57,589 bases of DNA from Oscillospiraceae bacterium (GCA_015064345.1 SVSK01000005.1:1-57589), one strand, 5' to 3'; positions 17,430-28,077 are shown, counted from the stretch's first letter. Numbers and translations are program-made. Notes: generated from the letters alone by a model not told the origin.

Positions 17430-20400
17430 TTATTCGGTTCTGAGCGCAACGACAGGGTCTTTCTTCGCGGCACTTCTTGAAGGGATAATGCCGGCAATAA
17501 GGGTAAGTACAACGCTAATGATTACGAGAATTATAGCAGCGTTGATCGGTAGATTTGTTCTTAGATTTGCAAGGCCTGTGAGATGCATAAGAATCATATC
17601 AATAGGTATGCAGAGCAGATAAGTAATTATGACACCAAGCAGACCTGCTGTGAATCCGATAATAACGGTTTCAGCATTGAAAAGTCCCGATACGTTCTTC
17701 TTTGAAGCACCGATTGCACGAAGAATACCTATCTCTTTTGTTCTTTCCTGGACGGAGATAAGGGTAATTACGCCGATCATGATTGCGGAAACTATGAGAG
17801 AAACCGCAACAAAGGCGATGAGAACGTATGTTATTGCGTCAAGTATTATAGTAATCGAGCTCATCATTATGCCAACATAGTCGGTATAGCTGATCTGTGA
17901 CACCTCGTCAACCGTTGAGTTGTATTTCTCGATTGCCTTTTCTATGATCTCCTTATCAGCAAAGCTTGATGCAAACAGATTGATCGTGGCAGGTGAGTCA
18001 AGGTCCACGTAACCGAGAACACGAAGATTATCCTCATATGTTGAATCGGAGAATAGAAGCACCTCATCATGGTACAGTGCACACTGCTCCGTTGTGTAAG
18101 TCGTAAGCTCCTTTGTTAACTCCTCAGCAAGCTGTTCATCCGTATATACGCTGTACATTGCTTCGATTCCTGCAACGTACTTTGCCGTGTACATCTCCAC
18201 AACACCGCTTTCGTAGAGGCTCATCAGGTCCTCGTCGGTCATTGATGAAATGTATTCGGAGATCTCACCCTCGTCCATGCCTGTCTCTTTGACAAGCTCC
18301 TGTAGCATCATCATTTCAATCTGCTCGCGGGTTACGTTTGCCATAGCGCCTTGAACAGCGGCCTCAAGCTCTTCTACAGAGGGGATGGACTTTATCTTAA
18401 CGAATGCGTCAGCCATATCAGACGTGGAAAGTGTGCTGATATACATTCTGAACTCAAGAGCCTTCTGTTCGTCAGTCATCTGACCGGACTCAGGCTTAAA
18501 ATGAAGGCCTGTAAATATATCTGTTGTAGGATCGGCAAGCTGTGCGGTGATAGCATCAGAGCTTTTTGACGCCTCAATGATGTATTTTGTCAGCTCCTCT
18601 GTATAGCCGATAGAGCCAGTGAGCATTGAAGACACAGCTTCTCCGTTTGGTCTGATGATTCCCGACACCTTAAGCGTAAGTCCGTTATCGTAAAGATATT
18701 TAAGCCCTGCGCTTGTGCTTCTTAAGTCCGTGTACACGCCTGCCTTTTCATCATGCTTATAGCACTCTGAACTGAGAATTACTCTGAACTCCATATTACA
18801 TATCTCTTCGTAAGTCCAGGACTCTGAGACAACCTCAACGGTCGTTCCGTTTTCAGCAGCTTCCATGATAGCTTCGATGTCACCCTCAGATTTCAGTCCA
18901 AGAGCGTACAGGGTCATGTCAGAGAGCTCGTTGTTGCTGTCAAGTACAAGTACCACTTCGTCAAATTCTGTAGGCCAGGAGCCGTATACAACGTCATACT
19001 GCTCTTCCAGCATCTTGCTCACAAGTCTACCGTTGTCTCCGGGAAGCATTTCCTGCCAAAGCTGAACTCCGCTTGACATCATTGTGCTCATCATAGAATT
19101 GCTTCCGGTAGCTGCGCTCATTCCCTGTGCAAACTCCATGCCCATGCGTTTTGCCATAAGGTTACCAATAAGGGTATTGAGATCAGACACAATGATCTCC
19201 CCGTCGACGTTCTTTGTATAAACGAGAAGGTCAGTGTTGTAAGTGTACTGAACTCCGCTGAGCGCAGATGAAAGGTTGTATTCGCTATCCGGATCATTCC
19301 GCTCTGCCTCGATAAACGCCTTGAAGGATTTCAGGTCATTTGTGTCTGTTTCGATGCTGTTCAGCGAATTGACAAGATCGTAAAGAGCAGGCTTCTGATA
19401 TACAGCATCTTGATCGTGGTTGCCCGATGCTTCCGCAGAATTTATGAACATTTCCATAAGAGAGCCAAGGTTAGCATGCTCTTCCTCAATAGTCAGCGGA
19501 TATGATGCAAGCGTATCCTCCTGCACCGAGTCTATGAAGTTGGTTGTACCTTGTGAAACGGAAAGAATGAGTGCTATACCAATAATACCTATACTTCCAG
19601 CAAACGCAGTCAGGATCGTTCTGCCTTTTTTCGTAAAGAGGTTTTTGAGAGACAGTCCGAAGGATGTGATGGGCGACATGGACGGGAGTTTCTGTTTGCC
19701 CTGTTTTGCAACTTTCTCCCTAGCCTTTGCGAGTTCTGCTTCTGTCTCCTCATCCGTCAGGGGCTGACTATCATCAGTAATAGCTCCGTCAAGCATGCGG
19801 ATGATTCGGGTTGAATATGTTTCTGCAAGCTCAGGATTGTGGGTCACCATTATTATGAGGCGGTCCTTTGAAATCTCCTTCAAAATATTCATTACCTGAA
19901 TACTTGTTTCTGTGTCAAGTGCACCGGTGGGTTCGTCAGCAAGAATAATGTCGGGGTTATTTACGATAGCTCTTGCAATAGCAACACGCTGCATCTGACC
20001 GCCTGACATTTCGCTCGGCTTCTTATTCTTCTGGTCACCCAGACCAACGTCTTCAAGTGCCTTAATTGCTCTTCTCCGACGCTCAGCCTTGGATACACCG
20101 GACAGCGTAAGAGCAAGCTCAACATTCTGAAGTACTGTCTGATGAGGAATAAGATTATAGCTTTGGAAAACAAATCCGACTGAGTGGTTGCGGTATGAAT
20201 CCCAGTCTCTGTCCTTGAAATCCTTTGTGGATCTGCCGTTAATGATAAGATCACCGCTTGTATACTGATCAAGTCCGCCTATAATATTCAACATAGTCGT
20301 CTTTCCGCAACCCGAAGGGCCGAGAATTGACACAAACTCACTTGATCGAAATTTCAGGTCTATTCCTCGAAGGGCGCTTACCTTTCCGTCTCCAATCGGA

Positions 20401-20432
20401 TAGTCTTTAGTAATTATCTTTAACTCAAGCAT
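17430..20432 (-). CDS. Fused ABC ATPase plus FtsX/MacB-type permease with a very large extracytoplasmic domain
   Basis: Walker A GPSGCGKTT, signature SGGQMQRVAIARA and Walker B ILADEPTGALD are present. TM1 lies at about aa 270-295, followed by roughly 570 aa of soluble sequence. The last ~130 aa carry three FtsX TM helices. Confidence 0.85.
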   Translation of the reverse strand: MLELKIITKDYPIGDGKVSALRGIDLKFRSSEFVSILGPSGCGKTTMLNIIGGLDQYTSGDLIINGRSTKDFKDRDWDSYRNHSVGFVFQSYNLIPHQTVLQNVELALTLSGVSKAERRRRAIKALEDVGLGDQKNKKPSEMSGGQMQRVAIARAIVNNPDIILADEPTGALDTETSIQVMNILKEISKDRLIIMVTHNPELAETYSTRIIRMLDGAITDDSQPLTDEETEAELAKAREKVAKQGKQKLPSMSPITSFGLSLKNLFTKKGRTILTAFAGSIGIIGIALILSVSQGTTNFIDSVQEDTLASYPLTIEEEHANLGSLMEMFINSAEASGNHDQDAVYQKPALYDLVNSLNSIETDTNDLKSFKAFIEAERNDPDSEYNLSSALSGVQYTYNTDLLVYTKNVDGEIIVSDLNTLIGNLMAKRMGMEFAQGMSAATGSNSMMSTMMSSGVQLWQEMLPGDNGRLVSKMLEEQYDVVYGSWPTEFDEVVLVLDSNNELSDMTLYALGLKSEGDIEAIMEAAENGTTVEVVSESWTYEEICNMEFRVILSSECYKHDEKAGVYTDLRSTSAGLKYLYDNGLTLKVSGIIRPNGEAVSSMLTGSIGYTEELTKYIIEASKSSDAITAQLADPTTDIFTGLHFKPESGQMTDEQKALEFRMYISTLSTSDMADAFVKIKSIPSVEELEAAVQGAMANVTREQIEMMMLQELVKETGMDEGEISEYISSMTDEDLMSLYESGVVEMYTAKYVAGIEAMYSVYTDEQLAEELTKELTTYTTEQCALYHDEVLLFSDSTYEDNLRVLGYVDLDSPATINLFASSFADKEIIEKAIEKYNSTVDEVSQISYTDYVGIMMSSITIILDAITYVLIAFVAVSLIVSAIMIGVITLISVQERTKEIGILRAIGASKKNVSGLFNAETVIIGFTAGLLGVIITYLLCIPIDMILMHLTGLANLRTNLPINAAIILVIISVVLTLIAGIIPSRSAAKKDPVVALRTE

Positions 20433-20663
20433 TGATATATGTCTCCGTAAATATCTGATCTTCTAATATTATACATCAAAATATAATTATACCACTTGTT
20501 ATTGAACATTTCAATTAATAAATAATTATTAATGTGTGTTATTCAGATGAATTTTTATTGAATTTACCGTTTCGGCACTAAGTTATGAAAGCAACTGACA
20601 TTTATGCTTATTCTATTCTTACCAATGTTTTTCAGTTTTATCTCGTAATCGTAAAACATATTT

Positions 20664-20702
20664 TAGCAATAAGAAAGCACCTGCGTTTGATGCAAGTGCT
20701 TT
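20664..20702 (-). terminator. Terminator after the LRR protein gene
   Basis: On the minus-strand RNA, AAAGCACUUGC pairs with GCAGGUGCUUU (one G-U pair), followed by UCUUAUUGC. Confidence 0.5.
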
Positions 20703-20705
20703 TTG

Positions 20706-22214
20706 TTATTCGCTTGTTACTATATTGATCTCCGAAAAAACCTCATTGCCTACTCCGACCTCGGGCATGACCCATTCGTGATAGTAGAAAGCGCATCTGA
20801 TCTGTGTAAGAGACGTGCATCCGGCAAACGCATAATCACCAATCTTGCTAATGGGAGAGCGCAGTACTATCTCGACAAGCTCGGGACAGTTACTGAATGT
20901 ATATGCGCCGATCTCTGTAATGCCCCTGCCAAGTGTGACGTACTTCAATGATGTGCAGTTATTTAACAAACGCTGACCAAAGTAAGTTACCGAATCGGGT
21001 ATTCCTATTTCTTCAAGTGCCGTGCAATCAATAAACGCCCGCTGGTATATTGTATGTACCCGAGTTCCGAACTTGATGTACTTGAGAGATTTGCAGCCCA
21101 AGAATGACTGCTCGCCGATTACTTCTATCGTGTCGGGAATTACAATAGCTTCAAGTTCATCACAATTAATCAGAAAGTTTTTAGCGAGTTCTGTTGCAAC
21201 TATACCGTTTACAATGTGAGGTATCTTGAAATCTTCATATGTGCCTGTGTATTTAGAGGAAATAAACTTTATTACCCCGTCCTCGCTTATTTCGAACCAA
21301 GGCTCTGCTTCAGTAGTCGTGATATATAAATCGTGGATTCCTGTTTGCAGGACAAAAAACTCATATGTATAGCGCTCGATAAGCTCTTTTGAGTCCTTAT
21401 AGTCGCCGAGATCTTCAAGGTGGTCTATAGCTTTGTTGTATAGTTCTCCCTCGGCGAGCTTTATGGCATCATTATACTTCTTTTGAGGAATAGCGTAGAA
21501 CTTAAGAAATAAAGCTAAAGCAACAACAAGCGCCACAGACGCAAAAATCAATACCATCTTTACACTGTCTGGAATGCGCTTTTCTGCTTCACGTTTTTTG
21601 ATTCTTTCCGCAGTTTGTGGCTTTTTCCCTTCTTCCACAAGTGATTTTTGACTTTCAAGAAAATCTCTGTCAAAATTATCTTTGAGCCACTTATGTGAAC
21701 AGCCGCAAGTACCGCAGTGTTCGGAATCTTCTATATTTACACCACCGCAAGCACAGCGCCAACCGCAAGCAACAGTATCGGGAAAATATTTAGCATTGAC
21801 TTTTCCTTGTGTAACCGATTTAATCACTTTATACAGAGGATCAGTCTGCCAGATTATCTCTTGTTCCGGTAAGGTTATTCCCTCAGCGCAATCAACATTC
21901 TTCCACACAGCTCCGTCGGTATATGTAACCGAACGAATTGTAGCCTCTGCATAAGCGGCACAGGTGCAGATAATATCAATCTCGCTCTGAAGCAAAAGCT
22001 CTACGCCTACGTCAGTTTTGATGACTTCTCGTCTTTCGTTATAATATTTCACGTCCGCAGTATACCGCGAAATATCACGCTCGGCACAAGACTCGGCGCG
22101 AATATGCAGCTTTAACTTTTCACCTGAGGATACAATAGAGAGTTCCTTTATCTGTACAGGGCATCCGGGTATCCATTTATTCATTTCATGCCTGCTGATT
22201 ACTCGTTCTGACAT
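20706..22214 (-). CDS. Bitopic membrane protein with a cytoplasmic zinc-ribbon domain, one TM helix and an extracellular BspA-type leucine-rich repeat domain
   Basis: A Cys cluster CGWRCACGG...HCGTCGC is present. The TM helix is VKMVLIFASVALVVALALFLKFY. The C-terminal repeats follow the pattern IPDSV..IG..AF..C..L..I (LRR_5-like). Confidence 0.75.
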   Translation of the reverse strand: MSERVISRHEMNKWIPGCPVQIKELSIVSSGEKLKLHIRAESCAERDISRYTADVKYYNERREVIKTDVGVELLLQSEIDIICTCAAYAEATIRSVTYTDGAVWKNVDCAEGITLPEQEIIWQTDPLYKVIKSVTQGKVNAKYFPDTVACGWRCACGGVNIEDSEHCGTCGCSHKWLKDNFDRDFLESQKSLVEEGKKPQTAERIKKREAEKRIPDSVKMVLIFASVALVVALALFLKFYAIPQKKYNDAIKLAEGELYNKAIDHLEDLGDYKDSKELIERYTYEFFVLQTGIHDLYITTTEAEPWFEISEDGVIKFISSKYTGTYEDFKIPHIVNGIVATELAKNFLINCDELEAIVIPDTIEVIGEQSFLGCKSLKYIKFGTRVHTIYQRAFIDCTALEEIGIPDSVTYFGQRLLNNCTSLKYVTLGRGITEIGAYTFSNCPELVEIVLRSPISKIGDYAFAGCTSLTQIRCAFYYHEWVMPEVGVGNEVFSEINIVTSE

Positions 22215-22296
22215 ATCCTCACCTGCTCCCTCGTGAAATTGGTTAATTTATATTTTATCACGATCTTCGAGGTTTATCAAGGATATTTTATGAACA

Positions 22297-22848
22297 TTAC
22301 GCGAGTCTTCCAAGTTTTTCGGTAGCATTGTCACCGCAGATGACATCACAATGCTCGTTAATATAGTAGTAAGTGTATCCCGGGCAAAGACTTCCCAAAT
22401 TTTCGGTTGCAATATGTGTTTCGTTGTCGATCATAAGATAATAATTGTGTCTTCCTCTGTCAACAAATGCGGCACTTGTACCAGAATATCCAACCTGCGT
22501 CAGGCCAAAGCAACAACCGAGCAGATGCTTCATTTGAGGAAAGGAATATATGATCCTTCTCTCCTGCGGTATGTATTTTTTATATTCAGCCAGAGATCTT
22601 TCTTCGCAACCTCTAACAGAAATATTGTTATGACTCTCAAGCATTGTTATAAACAGCTCACACCCGCCCTCTCTGGATGGATACATCTGAACGAATACCC
22701 TTCCCGATATAGGAGCGTGCCCACATTTCACTTGTGCGTCGTTGATTATCTCTCTCAATATTTCCTTGGTGTTTCCGGTATATGAAGCCATATCAGACGA
22801 TGTCAGCATTAATTTGAATTTTGATTCACTTATTACGATTAGTTCCAT
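22297..22848 (-). CDS. Short MecA-like adaptor protein (tentative)
   Basis: The N-terminus MELIVISESKFKLMLTSSDM and the later GGCELFIT and YYLMI segments resemble clostridial MecA adaptors. AAGGTGG RBS. The assignment is by resemblance only. Confidence 0.5.
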   Translation of the reverse strand: MELIVISESKFKLMLTSSDMASYTGNTKEILREIINDAQVKCGHAPISGRVFVQMYPSREGGCELFITMLESHNNISVRGCEERSLAEYKKYIPQERRIIYSFPQMKHLLGCCFGLTQVGYSGTSAAFVDRGRHNYYLMIDNETHIATENLGSLCPGYTYYYINEHCDVICGDNATEKLGRLA

Positions 22849-22880
22849 GAGTGTTCCACCTTCAGTTTCGATACACTAAC

Positions 22881-22909
22881 ATTATAATACCGCGAGAGAA
22901 AAAATGTAA
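22881..22909 (-). promoter_or_regulatory. Sigma-A promoter for the MecA-like gene
   Basis: On the minus strand, TTACAT (22909-22904), a 17-nt spacer, then TATAAT (22886-22881). Confidence 0.55.
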
Positions 22910-22964
22910 CCCCTAAAATTTTGGTATCTGAGGTAGGAAATTCGGTTACTCAGGTATAATTTCA

Positions 22965-23002
22965 CAAAAAAAGGACCTTTCCCTCGTTTTTAGGAAAGAT
23001 CC
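22965..23002 (-). terminator. Terminator after the SEDS gene
   Basis: On the minus-strand RNA, GGAUCUUUCC pairs with GGAAAGGUCC (one G-U pair), followed by a run of 7 to 8 U. Confidence 0.8.
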
Positions 23003-23009
23003 ACTGTCT

Positions 23010-24128
23010 TTATTCGTTTTCTCTCTCAAAGTAATATTTTTTGTTATGTGTACAAATACTTTGAAGCAGTCCCATACATATGTACACGGAAAGGATAGAT
23101 GACGCACCGTATGAAAAGAACGGAAGCGTAATTCCTACCACCGGAAGAAGCGCAAGGCACATACCGATGTTTTCAACAGTTTGAGCGATCAACATTCCCG
23201 CAATTCCTATGCACAGGAATGATGCATATTTTTTTCTCGTTTGTCTCGCAAGCCAAAGTATTCTGATAATCAATACTGTAATTAACACCAAATAAAGAAG
23301 CGTTCCGAGAAATCCGAACTTTTCGGCAAGAACAGAAAACAGAAAGTCTGACTGACCTCCCCAAAGGTTTCCGTACTGCGTACCACCGGAGAATCCCGCG
23401 CCTCTGAACCCGCCTGCTATGATCGCGTTACGGCTCAGTATTGCCTGCCAACCCGCGCCGGATGGGTCAAGCTCGGGATTAAATCCGGCAAGTATTCTCA
23501 TCTGCTGTTTTTCGGAAAGAACCGACCAAATAAACGGCGAAACTATAAGTACCGATGCGGCTACTCCGCCAAAATACCAGAGAGATACCCCTGCACCAAA
23601 CAGCATAAATGCCATGATTGCGATATACACAAGCGCCATACCGGTGTCACCCTGCCAAACGATCATGCCTATGATGAGTCCTGCGTGCAGTGCAAGCTGA
23701 ACTATTGACCAGGGGTGATTGATCTTATCCTTAACCCTGTCAAGATGCAATGCGAAGGTTATCATGAAGGTGATCTTAACAAGCTCTGTTGGCTGAATCG
23801 ACACATTACCGATGGAGATCCAGTTTTCGTTGCCGTTACTACCTGTGCCCCATATCTTAACGATAATTATGAGTAAAATTGAAACAGCAAAGAAAACATA
23901 CTTCAGCTTTTGGAACAGAGCATCATAGTCAATGAAGGTTATAACAAACATGGCTACGATACTGACAACTGATGCAAGTGCCTGCACCTTAACATACCAC
24001 GTACCGTACTCGTCTGCAGCGGATGCCAGTGTTACGATACTGAGTATATTCATACCGAGAACACAAAGAAGGATAACAGGGTCTATGCGCCGCAGTTTTT
24101 CTCTGTTGCTGATAGAAAACTCTCTCAT
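23010..24128 (-). CDS. FtsW/RodA/SpoVE (SEDS) family peptidoglycan glycosyltransferase
   Basis: 372 aa and polytopic, with QPTELVKI, GDTGMAL and PFFSYGASS motifs. AGGAGG RBS. Confidence 0.85.
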   Translation of the reverse strand: MREFSISNREKLRRIDPVILLCVLGMNILSIVTLASAADEYGTWYVKVQALASVVSIVAMFVITFIDYDALFQKLKYVFFAVSILLIIIVKIWGTGSNGNENWISIGNVSIQPTELVKITFMITFALHLDRVKDKINHPWSIVQLALHAGLIIGMIVWQGDTGMALVYIAIMAFMLFGAGVSLWYFGGVAASVLIVSPFIWSVLSEKQQMRILAGFNPELDPSGAGWQAILSRNAIIAGGFRGAGFSGGTQYGNLWGGQSDFLFSVLAEKFGFLGTLLYLVLITVLIIRILWLARQTRKKYASFLCIGIAGMLIAQTVENIGMCLALLPVVGITLPFFSYGASSILSVYICMGLLQSICTHNKKYYFERENE

Positions 24129-24158
24129 GTTATCCTCCTTTGGTTATTCTATTTGAAA

Positions 24159-25595
24159 TTAATATGCAATACCCCAGTAAACCATATGCTTAGCAGGCTT
24201 GCCACAGCATACGCACTTGTCGGAAATCTGCTCCTGATCGAAAGGAATGCAACGTGAACCAACGCCGGTAAGCTCCTTAACCTTGTCTTCACATTCCTCG
24301 TCGCCGCACCACATAGCCTTAACAAGACCGTCGCCCTGCTTCATGGATTCGATGATCTCATCAATTGTTGTACAGGTATATGTCTTCTTTTCGCGGTTCT
24401 GAAGTGCCTTTTCATACATTCCGTCGCGAACTTCCTGGAGCTTCTGAGCAACAACTTCTTCGATATTATCGATAGATACGATGGTCTTTTCCATGTTGTG
24501 ACGTGTAACGATTACGCACTGACCTGCTTCGATATCGCGGGGACCCATTTCAATTCTTACGGGTACGCCCTTCATTTCGTATTCAGCAAACTTCCATCCG
24601 GGGCTGTTATCGCTTGTATCGAGTTTAACGCGGAACTTGTCCTTAAGTCTGTCGTAGAGGGCTGTATTTGCTTCAACAACACCATCCTTGAACATTGCAA
24701 CAGGAACGATTACTACCTGGATAGGAGCAACTGCAGGAGGAAGAACGAGACCGTTGTCGTCACCGTGTGTCATGATGATACCGCCGATCATACGTGTAGT
24801 AACACCCCATGATGTCTGATGAGGATAGCGGAGCTTGTTTTCGTTGTCGGTAAACTGAATGTCAAATGCCTTTGCAAATCCGTCACCGAAGTAATGAGAC
24901 GTACCTGCCTGAAGAGCCTTACCATCGTGCATCATAGCTTCGATGCAGTAGGTATCCTCAGCGCCCGCAAACTTATCGGAGGGAGTCTTAACACCCTTGA
25001 TAACAGGGATTGCGAGATCGTTGATATGGAAGTCAGCGTACACGTTGAGCATCTGGATGGTCTCTTCGCGAGCCTCCTCTGCTGTTGCGTGCATTGTGTG
25101 ACCTTCCTGCCAGAGGAATTCACGACTTCTGAGGAAGGGGCGAGTTGTCTTTTCCCATCTTACAACAGAGCACCACTGGTTATAAAGCTTGGGCAGGTCT
25201 CTGTAAGAGCGGATGATGTTAGCGTAATGCTCGCAGAAGAGAGTCTCGGATGTGGGACGAACGCAAAGCTTTTCTGTAAGTCTCTCACTACCGCCGTGTG
25301 TTACCCATGCTACTTCAGGTGCAAAGCCTTCAACGTGATCCTTCTCCTTCTGAAGAAGAGACTCGGGAATGAACATAGGCATATATACGTTCTCGTGTCC
25401 AAGTTCCTTGAAGCGTGTATCAAGGATCTTCTGAATATTCTCCCAAATTGCATAACCGTAGGGACGGATAATCATGCATCCCTTAACGCTGGAGTAGTCA
25501 ACAAGGTCTGCCTTTTTGCAGATGTCTGTGTACCACTTCGCAAAGTCAACATCCATTGATGTTATGTCCTGTACAAGTTTCTTATCATTTTTCAT
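24159..25595 (-). CDS. proS: Proline--tRNA ligase of the archaeal/eukaryote-like type, without the INS editing domain
   Basis: [35 protein letters not shown] is present. There is a C-terminal Cys cluster (CIPF...CVCCGKPA) and the protein ends in WGIAY. Length is 478 aa. Confidence 0.9.
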   Translation of the reverse strand: MKNDKKLVQDITSMDVDFAKWYTDICKKADLVDYSSVKGCMIIRPYGYAIWENIQKILDTRFKELGHENVYMPMFIPESLLQKEKDHVEGFAPEVAWVTHGGSERLTEKLCVRPTSETLFCEHYANIIRSYRDLPKLYNQWCSVVRWEKTTRPFLRSREFLWQEGHTMHATAEEAREETIQMLNVYADFHINDLAIPVIKGVKTPSDKFAGAEDTYCIEAMMHDGKALQAGTSHYFGDGFAKAFDIQFTDNENKLRYPHQTSWGVTTRMIGGIIMTHGDDNGLVLPPAVAPIQVVIVPVAMFKDGVVEANTALYDRLKDKFRVKLDTSDNSPGWKFAEYEMKGVPVRIEMGPRDIEAGQCVIVTRHNMEKTIVSIDNIEEVVAQKLQEVRDGMYEKALQNREKKTYTCTTIDEIIESMKQGDGLVKAMWCGDEECEDKVKELTGVGSRCIPFDQEQISDKCVCCGKPAKHMVYWGIAY

Positions 25596-25662
25596 GATAC
25601 TAAAATGTCCTTTCCGCCGTCTGTTTCGGCAAAAAATCTTATAGTAAATTTAATATTATTAA

Positions 25663-28077
25663 TTATAGTTTTGTGAGCCTTGCGTACGTAGCCATTAACT
25701 TCTTTGTTCCGACTTTCTCGAAAGTAATCTCGTAGAGTACGTCGCCACCCATTGGTCTTGCTGACATGACTACGCCCACTCCGAATGTGGCGTGTTTTAC
25801 AGTATCGCCCGCAGCAAACTGTGGTGTAGTGCTTGGCTTCTGCTGAGGCTGCATCTTTGTAAGCGCGGGGGATGGTCGAGATGTCTCGTTAACAAAGTAA
25901 TTGACCGGCTTAACCTTCTGCATACGCTGTCGCATCATTCGAGCTTCCATGTCACCACGCTGGTCTTCATCGCGAGATACAAACTCATCGGGGATCTCTG
26001 CGGCAAATCTGGAAAGTTGATTAGCCTGTGTTCTGCCGTTTAGCATTCGGTCTCTTACATGAGTTATGTAGAGATTCTTCTTTGCTCTTGTAATCGCAAC
26101 GTAAGCGAGTCGACGCTCTTCCTCTATTTCTTCAGAGTTAATAACTGTCTGGAAGCTTGGGAAGATATTCTCCTCCATACCGGGAAGAAATACTGCGGGG
26201 AATTCAAGTCCCTTTGCAGAGTGAATTGTCATAAGCACTACCGCATCTGCTGTTTCGTCGTACTTATCTACGTCGGAAACAAGTGCAACGTCCTCAAGGA
26301 ATTCGACAAGATTAGGTTCATCAGCCTGTTCTTCGTACTGTTTAGCAGTAGAGATAAGTTCACCGATGTTATTGGCGCGCTCTTCTCTTTCTGCTCTGTC
26401 CTGAATCTCCGAGATCATTTGATTGTATCCCGATGCCTCGCAAACAAGCTCAATAAGCTGTGACACGCTTACCTGAGAAGCCATTTCGCGAAGCTGATCC
26501 ATCATGTAAACGAAGTTGACCATTTGGTTAGCTGTTGCTGAGGAAATAGCGGGATAACGCTTCGCTCTTCTGAGGAACTCAAGCATCGGGCATCCTTCTT
26601 CATAGGCAAGTGCTTCAGCTATCTGTACTGACTTCTCACCGATTCCTCGACGCGGAGTGTTGATGATTCGTCTGAGACGCAAGTCATCGGTTGGGTTATT
26701 GATTACAGCAAGGTATGCGATAATATCTTTGATTTCCATTCGCTCGAAGAAGCGCATACCACCGAGCATTCTGTATGGGATGCCGCTCTTTGCAAACACC
26801 TGCTCGATTGGTCGTGACTGGGAGTTCATTCGGTAAAGTACAGCATAATCCTTGAACTTACCGCCGTTTCTAACTCCCTCGGACACTGTATCAGCAATGA
26901 ATCTGCCTTCGTCATTCTGGTTACCGAGCTTCTTTATAACGATCTTGTCGCCAACTTCGCCGTTAGTCCAAAGGGTCTTACCCATTCTGCCTGCGTTGTT
27001 CTCAATAACCTTGTTGGCAGCATTAAGAATTGTGGAGGTTGAACGGTAATTCTCTTCAAGCTTAACGATCTCTGTATTATCGTAATGCTTGTTAAAGTTA
27101 ATGATATTATCAACCACTGCACCGCGGAACTTGTAGATGCTCTGGTCGTCATCGCCAACTACCATTATATTCTTATACTTTGCAGACAAAAGCAAAGTAA
27201 GCTCAAGCTGTGCGTAGTTGGTATCCTGGAACTCGTCCACGGAGACATACTTATATCTGTTCTGAAGTGCGGTGCGAACGTCGTCACATTCCTTAAGCAG
27301 TCTAACTGTTTGCATGATGATATCATCAAAGTCAAGCAAGTTTTGAGACTTAAGCTTTTCGGTGTACAGCTGATATATCTGCGCTATCTGCTTGTATTTT
27401 ATATCGTGACCTGCTTTTGCGGCGTATTCTTCGCAGTCAATGAGCTGATCCTTTGCGTGGCTGATTGCGTTCTGAACAGTCTTTACAGGCAACATCTTGT
27501 CGTCAATGTTAAGCTGCTTCATGCAAAGCTGGATCTGTTTCTTGGAGTCATCTGCATCACAGATGGAAAAGCTTCTGTCGTAACCGATCTGCTCTCCGTA
27601 TCTGCGAAGTATCTGTACACATATTGAATGGAACGTGCCTGCCTTGATCTCTGCGACCTCTTCGCTATCCTCGCCAAATATGGACGCGATTCTGGATTTG
27701 ATCTCGTTAGCTGCTTTATTGGTGAACGTGATCGCCATTACCTGCCATGCGGGCGGCGGGTTAAGCTTGAAGCGAGTGAGATATTCGCCAAGTTCATCAT
27801 GAGAAAGATCGATTGCCGACTGTATTTCACGAACATCATCTTCTGTCACATCCGTTGGCACAAGATCAGTGTTATACGCGTCACCGTATCTTATCAGATA
27901 AGCAAGGCGGTTTACAAGAACGGTAGTTTTTCCGCTTCCGGCACCGGCAAGAATAAGCAAGGGACCGTTTATTGAGTAGACCGCTTTTCTCTGCATCAGG
28001 TTGAGCTTCTCATAGTATTTATCAAACAACGCGCGTTTGGCTGACAGATATGACTGTCTCAGGGACTCAATTATCAT
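25663..28077 (-). CDS. pcrA: ATP-dependent DNA helicase PcrA (UvrD family)
   Basis: AGAGSGKTTVL is Walker A; DEFQDTN, VGDDDQSIYKFRGA and TIHSAKGLEF are also present. The C-terminal segment GDTVKHATFGVGVV looks Tudor-like. Confidence 0.9.
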   Translation of the reverse strand: MIIESLRQSYLSAKRALFDKYYEKLNLMQRKAVYSINGPLLILAGAGSGKTTVLVNRLAYLIRYGDAYNTDLVPTDVTEDDVREIQSAIDLSHDELGEYLTRFKLNPPPAWQVMAITFTNKAANEIKSRIASIFGEDSEEVAEIKAGTFHSICVQILRRYGEQIGYDRSFSICDADDSKKQIQLCMKQLNIDDKMLPVKTVQNAISHAKDQLIDCEEYAAKAGHDIKYKQIAQIYQLYTEKLKSQNLLDFDDIIMQTVRLLKECDDVRTALQNRYKYVSVDEFQDTNYAQLELTLLLSAKYKNIMVVGDDDQSIYKFRGAVVDNIINFNKHYDNTEIVKLEENYRSTSTILNAANKVIENNAGRMGKTLWTNGEVGDKIVIKKLGNQNDEGRFIADTVSEGVRNGGKFKDYAVLYRMNSQSRPIEQVFAKSGIPYRMLGGMRFFERMEIKDIIAYLAVINNPTDDLRLRRIINTPRRGIGEKSVQIAEALAYEEGCPMLEFLRRAKRYPAISSATANQMVNFVYMMDQLREMASQVSVSQLIELVCEASGYNQMISEIQDRAEREERANNIGELISTAKQYEEQADEPNLVEFLEDVALVSDVDKYDETADAVVLMTIHSAKGLEFPAVFLPGMEENIFPSFQTVINSEEIEEERRLAYVAITRAKKNLYITHVRDRMLNGRTQANQLSRFAAEIPDEFVSRDEDQRGDMEARMMRQRMQKVKPVNYFVNETSRPSPALTKMQPQQKPSTTPQFAAGDTVKHATFGVGVVMSARPMGGDVLYEITFEKVGTKKLMATYARLTKL

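Noticed and set aside
25663-28077. The UvrD-family helicase as a possible component of a phage-defence system.
   Set aside because: It is full-length canonical PcrA with all helicase motifs and the usual C-terminal domain. It is flanked by housekeeping genes (proS and a symporter), with no nuclease, ATPase or other defence-type partner.
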